64,000 nt of DNA, taken from positions 1,888 to 65,887 of the forward strand of contig JAZDIN010000024.1 of the NCBI GenBank assembly GCA_043804895.1, read 5' to 3'. Positions 62,793 to 64,000 of the stretch are shown here, piece after piece. Positions within the stretch are counted from its first letter, which is position 1, and each line of letters opens with the position of its first letter. A program made the position numbers and the translations under genes. This stretch comes from Candidatus Altiarchaeota archaeon (GTDB taxonomy: Archaea; Altiarchaeota; Altiarchaeia; IMC4; SCGC-AAA252-I15). A model generated the notes under the pieces. That model did not search any database and was not told the DNA's origin. It worked only from the letters and a program-made list of their open reading frames with translations.

Positions 62793-63697
62793 TGGTGAGG
62801 GTGATGCCTCTTCAGCCTGTGCTCGACATCCTTGTGGGACATAAGATGAAGTTCTATGACGATGAGCCCGAGGAATATCAGCAACCCGCCTGAGATATGA
62901 TACGACGACAGACGCTCCCCTAAAAGCGTCGTCGAATACAAGACCCCGAATAGGGGTATGCTCAGGGATGCTAATCCCACGTTCGCTGCGCTCGTGTGCT
63001 CGAACGCATAATACCAGAGGTACCGGCCTATAAGGTAGACCAAAACAACCAACCCAGTCATGTAGAGGAAGACCTTCGGCTCGAAAATGAGTGGGATCCT
63101 ATCAGCCGACACCGCAGTCAATATGAGGCCTGAGAAGCCGTAGTAGCCTATAACTATAACCTCCGGAGGGATGCGGCTTAGATACTTTTTCACCAGGATG
63201 TTGGCTGAAGCCCAGAAGAAAGCGGCAAGGAGTAGGAGGCCGTCGCCGTGGGTTGGTTTCACGTCGACTGTGAAGTTCCTGGTTGCGATTAAGAGTATGC
63301 CGCTGACCATCAGGATGGCGCCGATGACATGGTTGATGCTAAGCTTCTCCCGTAGCATGACGACGCCCATCAGAGCTATCAAGAGCGAATTCAACCTGGT
63401 GAGGAGGACCGCATTCGTGGCTGTGGACTCCCTCAGGCCTGTGACGTAGAAAAGCTGCGCAAGAAGCCCGCTTATGATGCCGACCGCTAGGAGGACTATG
63501 AATTGTCTCCTGCTCATCGCATTTATCTCCCGCATCTTGTGCTCAGCTTCCAGCACGAGGAAGAGTATGAGAGCAGCGAAGACCGATGAAACGGCTGCGA
63601 GCACTATAGGGGGCATGTAGGAGAGAAGAACCTTGCCGAATGTCGGCTCAAGGGCCAGGAACATGCAGCTGATGAGAGCTATCGTGGTCCCCTTCAT
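62789..63697 (-). CDS. EamA/DMT-family transporter
   Basis: About ten hydrophobic spans in two homologous halves. Confidence 0.8.
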   Translation of the reverse strand: MKGTTIALISCMFLALEPTFGKVLLSYMPPIVLAAVSSVFAALILFLVLEAEHKMREINAMSRRQFIVLLAVGIISGLLAQLFYVTGLRESTATNAVLLTRLNSLLIALMGVVMLREKLSINHVIGAILMVSGILLIATRNFTVDVKPTHGDGLLLLAAFFWASANILVKKYLSRIPPEVIVIGYYGFSGLILTAVSADRIPLIFEPKVFLYMTGLVVLVYLIGRYLWYYAFEHTSAANVGLASLSIPLFGVLYSTTLLGERLSSYHISGGLLIFLGLIVIELHLMSHKDVEHRLKRHHPHH

Positions 63698-63732
63698 TGG
63701 TTCTATTTATTGTCCACATCAATATATACTCT

Positions 63733-64000
63733 GTGAAGGAAATCTTCCCGAAAGTTTATATCGTGGATGGGAAACTGGCGACCGCGAACTCCACCCCAAA
63801 GTACAGGGTCTACAACGAGAAGACAATCTACAAGGGAGGCGTCGAATATAGGATTTGGGACCCGTACCGCAGCAAAGTGGCTGCCGCCCTAGCGAAGGGC
63901 ATGAAAACATTCCCTGTGAAACCAGGCTCATTCGTACTCTACCTTGGCGCATCTTCAGGTACGACGGCAAGCCACATAGCAGACATAGCAGACACCGTGT
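63733..64000 (+). CDS. flpA: Fibrillarin (rRNA/tRNA 2'-O-methyltransferase), 5' part; continues beyond the right edge
   Basis: GTG start. [57 protein letters not shown] ... [18 protein letters not shown]. Not in the ORF track because it has no in-window stop. Confidence 0.9.
   Translation, partial: MKEIFPKVYIVDGKLATANSTPKYRVYNEKTIYKGGVEYRIWDPYRSKVAAALAKGMKTFPVKPGSFVLYLGASSGTTASHIADIADTV

Overview
This window is an archaeal chromosomal segment. Markers are a thermosome, fibrillarin, ribosomal protein L15e, a four-OB-fold RPA with a zinc ribbon, an ATP-dependent DNA ligase, an intron-containing tRNA and a C/D box sRNA candidate. Many genes overlap by 4 nt (ATGA/GTGA), and GGTGA/GGAGG ribosome-binding motifs and TTTAWATA-like boxes are common. 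All domain calls come from reading motifs by eye; no database search was possible.

Left about 33 kb (mosaic, accessory-rich):
- A giant SpvB/FG-GAP/RHS polymorphic-toxin-like gene runs off the left edge. It is missing from the ORF track because it has no in-window stop.
- Two paralogous acidic-tail lipoprotein genes flank a TPR gene and an unknown gene. A frameshifted CDF-transporter remnant sits next to a P-type ATPase.
- A 2H-phosphoesterase/metallophosphoesterase fusion, a PIN gene convergent with an RHH gene, and a RelE/AbrB toxin-antitoxin pair.
- A secreted Thr-linker protein with a phospholipase-A2-like HDxCY motif.
- A sequon-rich surface protein translationally coupled to a VirB6/TrbL-like polytopic membrane protein.
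- A CPBP protease followed by Cys-rich lipoproteins, one with a knottin-like C-terminal cysteine framework.
- An ABC-2 exporter and an orphan HD-domain three-gene operon beside tRNA-Asn.

Right half (mostly housekeeping): purB, Lrp, uppP, a UDP-sugar cluster (ugd, galU, uxs, galE-like), rpe, split transketolase, hisC, PMM/PGM, lysA, a SpoU methyltransferase, DNA ligase, Hsp20 and fibrillarin.

The best candidate for an undescribed system interrupts this housekeeping half. It is a translationally coupled operon at 37467..42344 encoding a VirB3/VirB4-like ATPase with a nuclease-like tail, a membrane-anchored PIN-like protein and a MoxR AAA+ ATPase. No other mobile-element genes are nearby.

Other notable signals:
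- The C/D sRNA candidate has a D guide that places C34 of the tRNA(CAU) in this same window at the methylation position.
- An upstream leader module of about 100 nt is shared by two unrelated genes, with compensatory stem changes.
- tRNA-Asn carries an 88-nt intron.
- Two unusual domain fusions and an orphan HerA-like ATPase.
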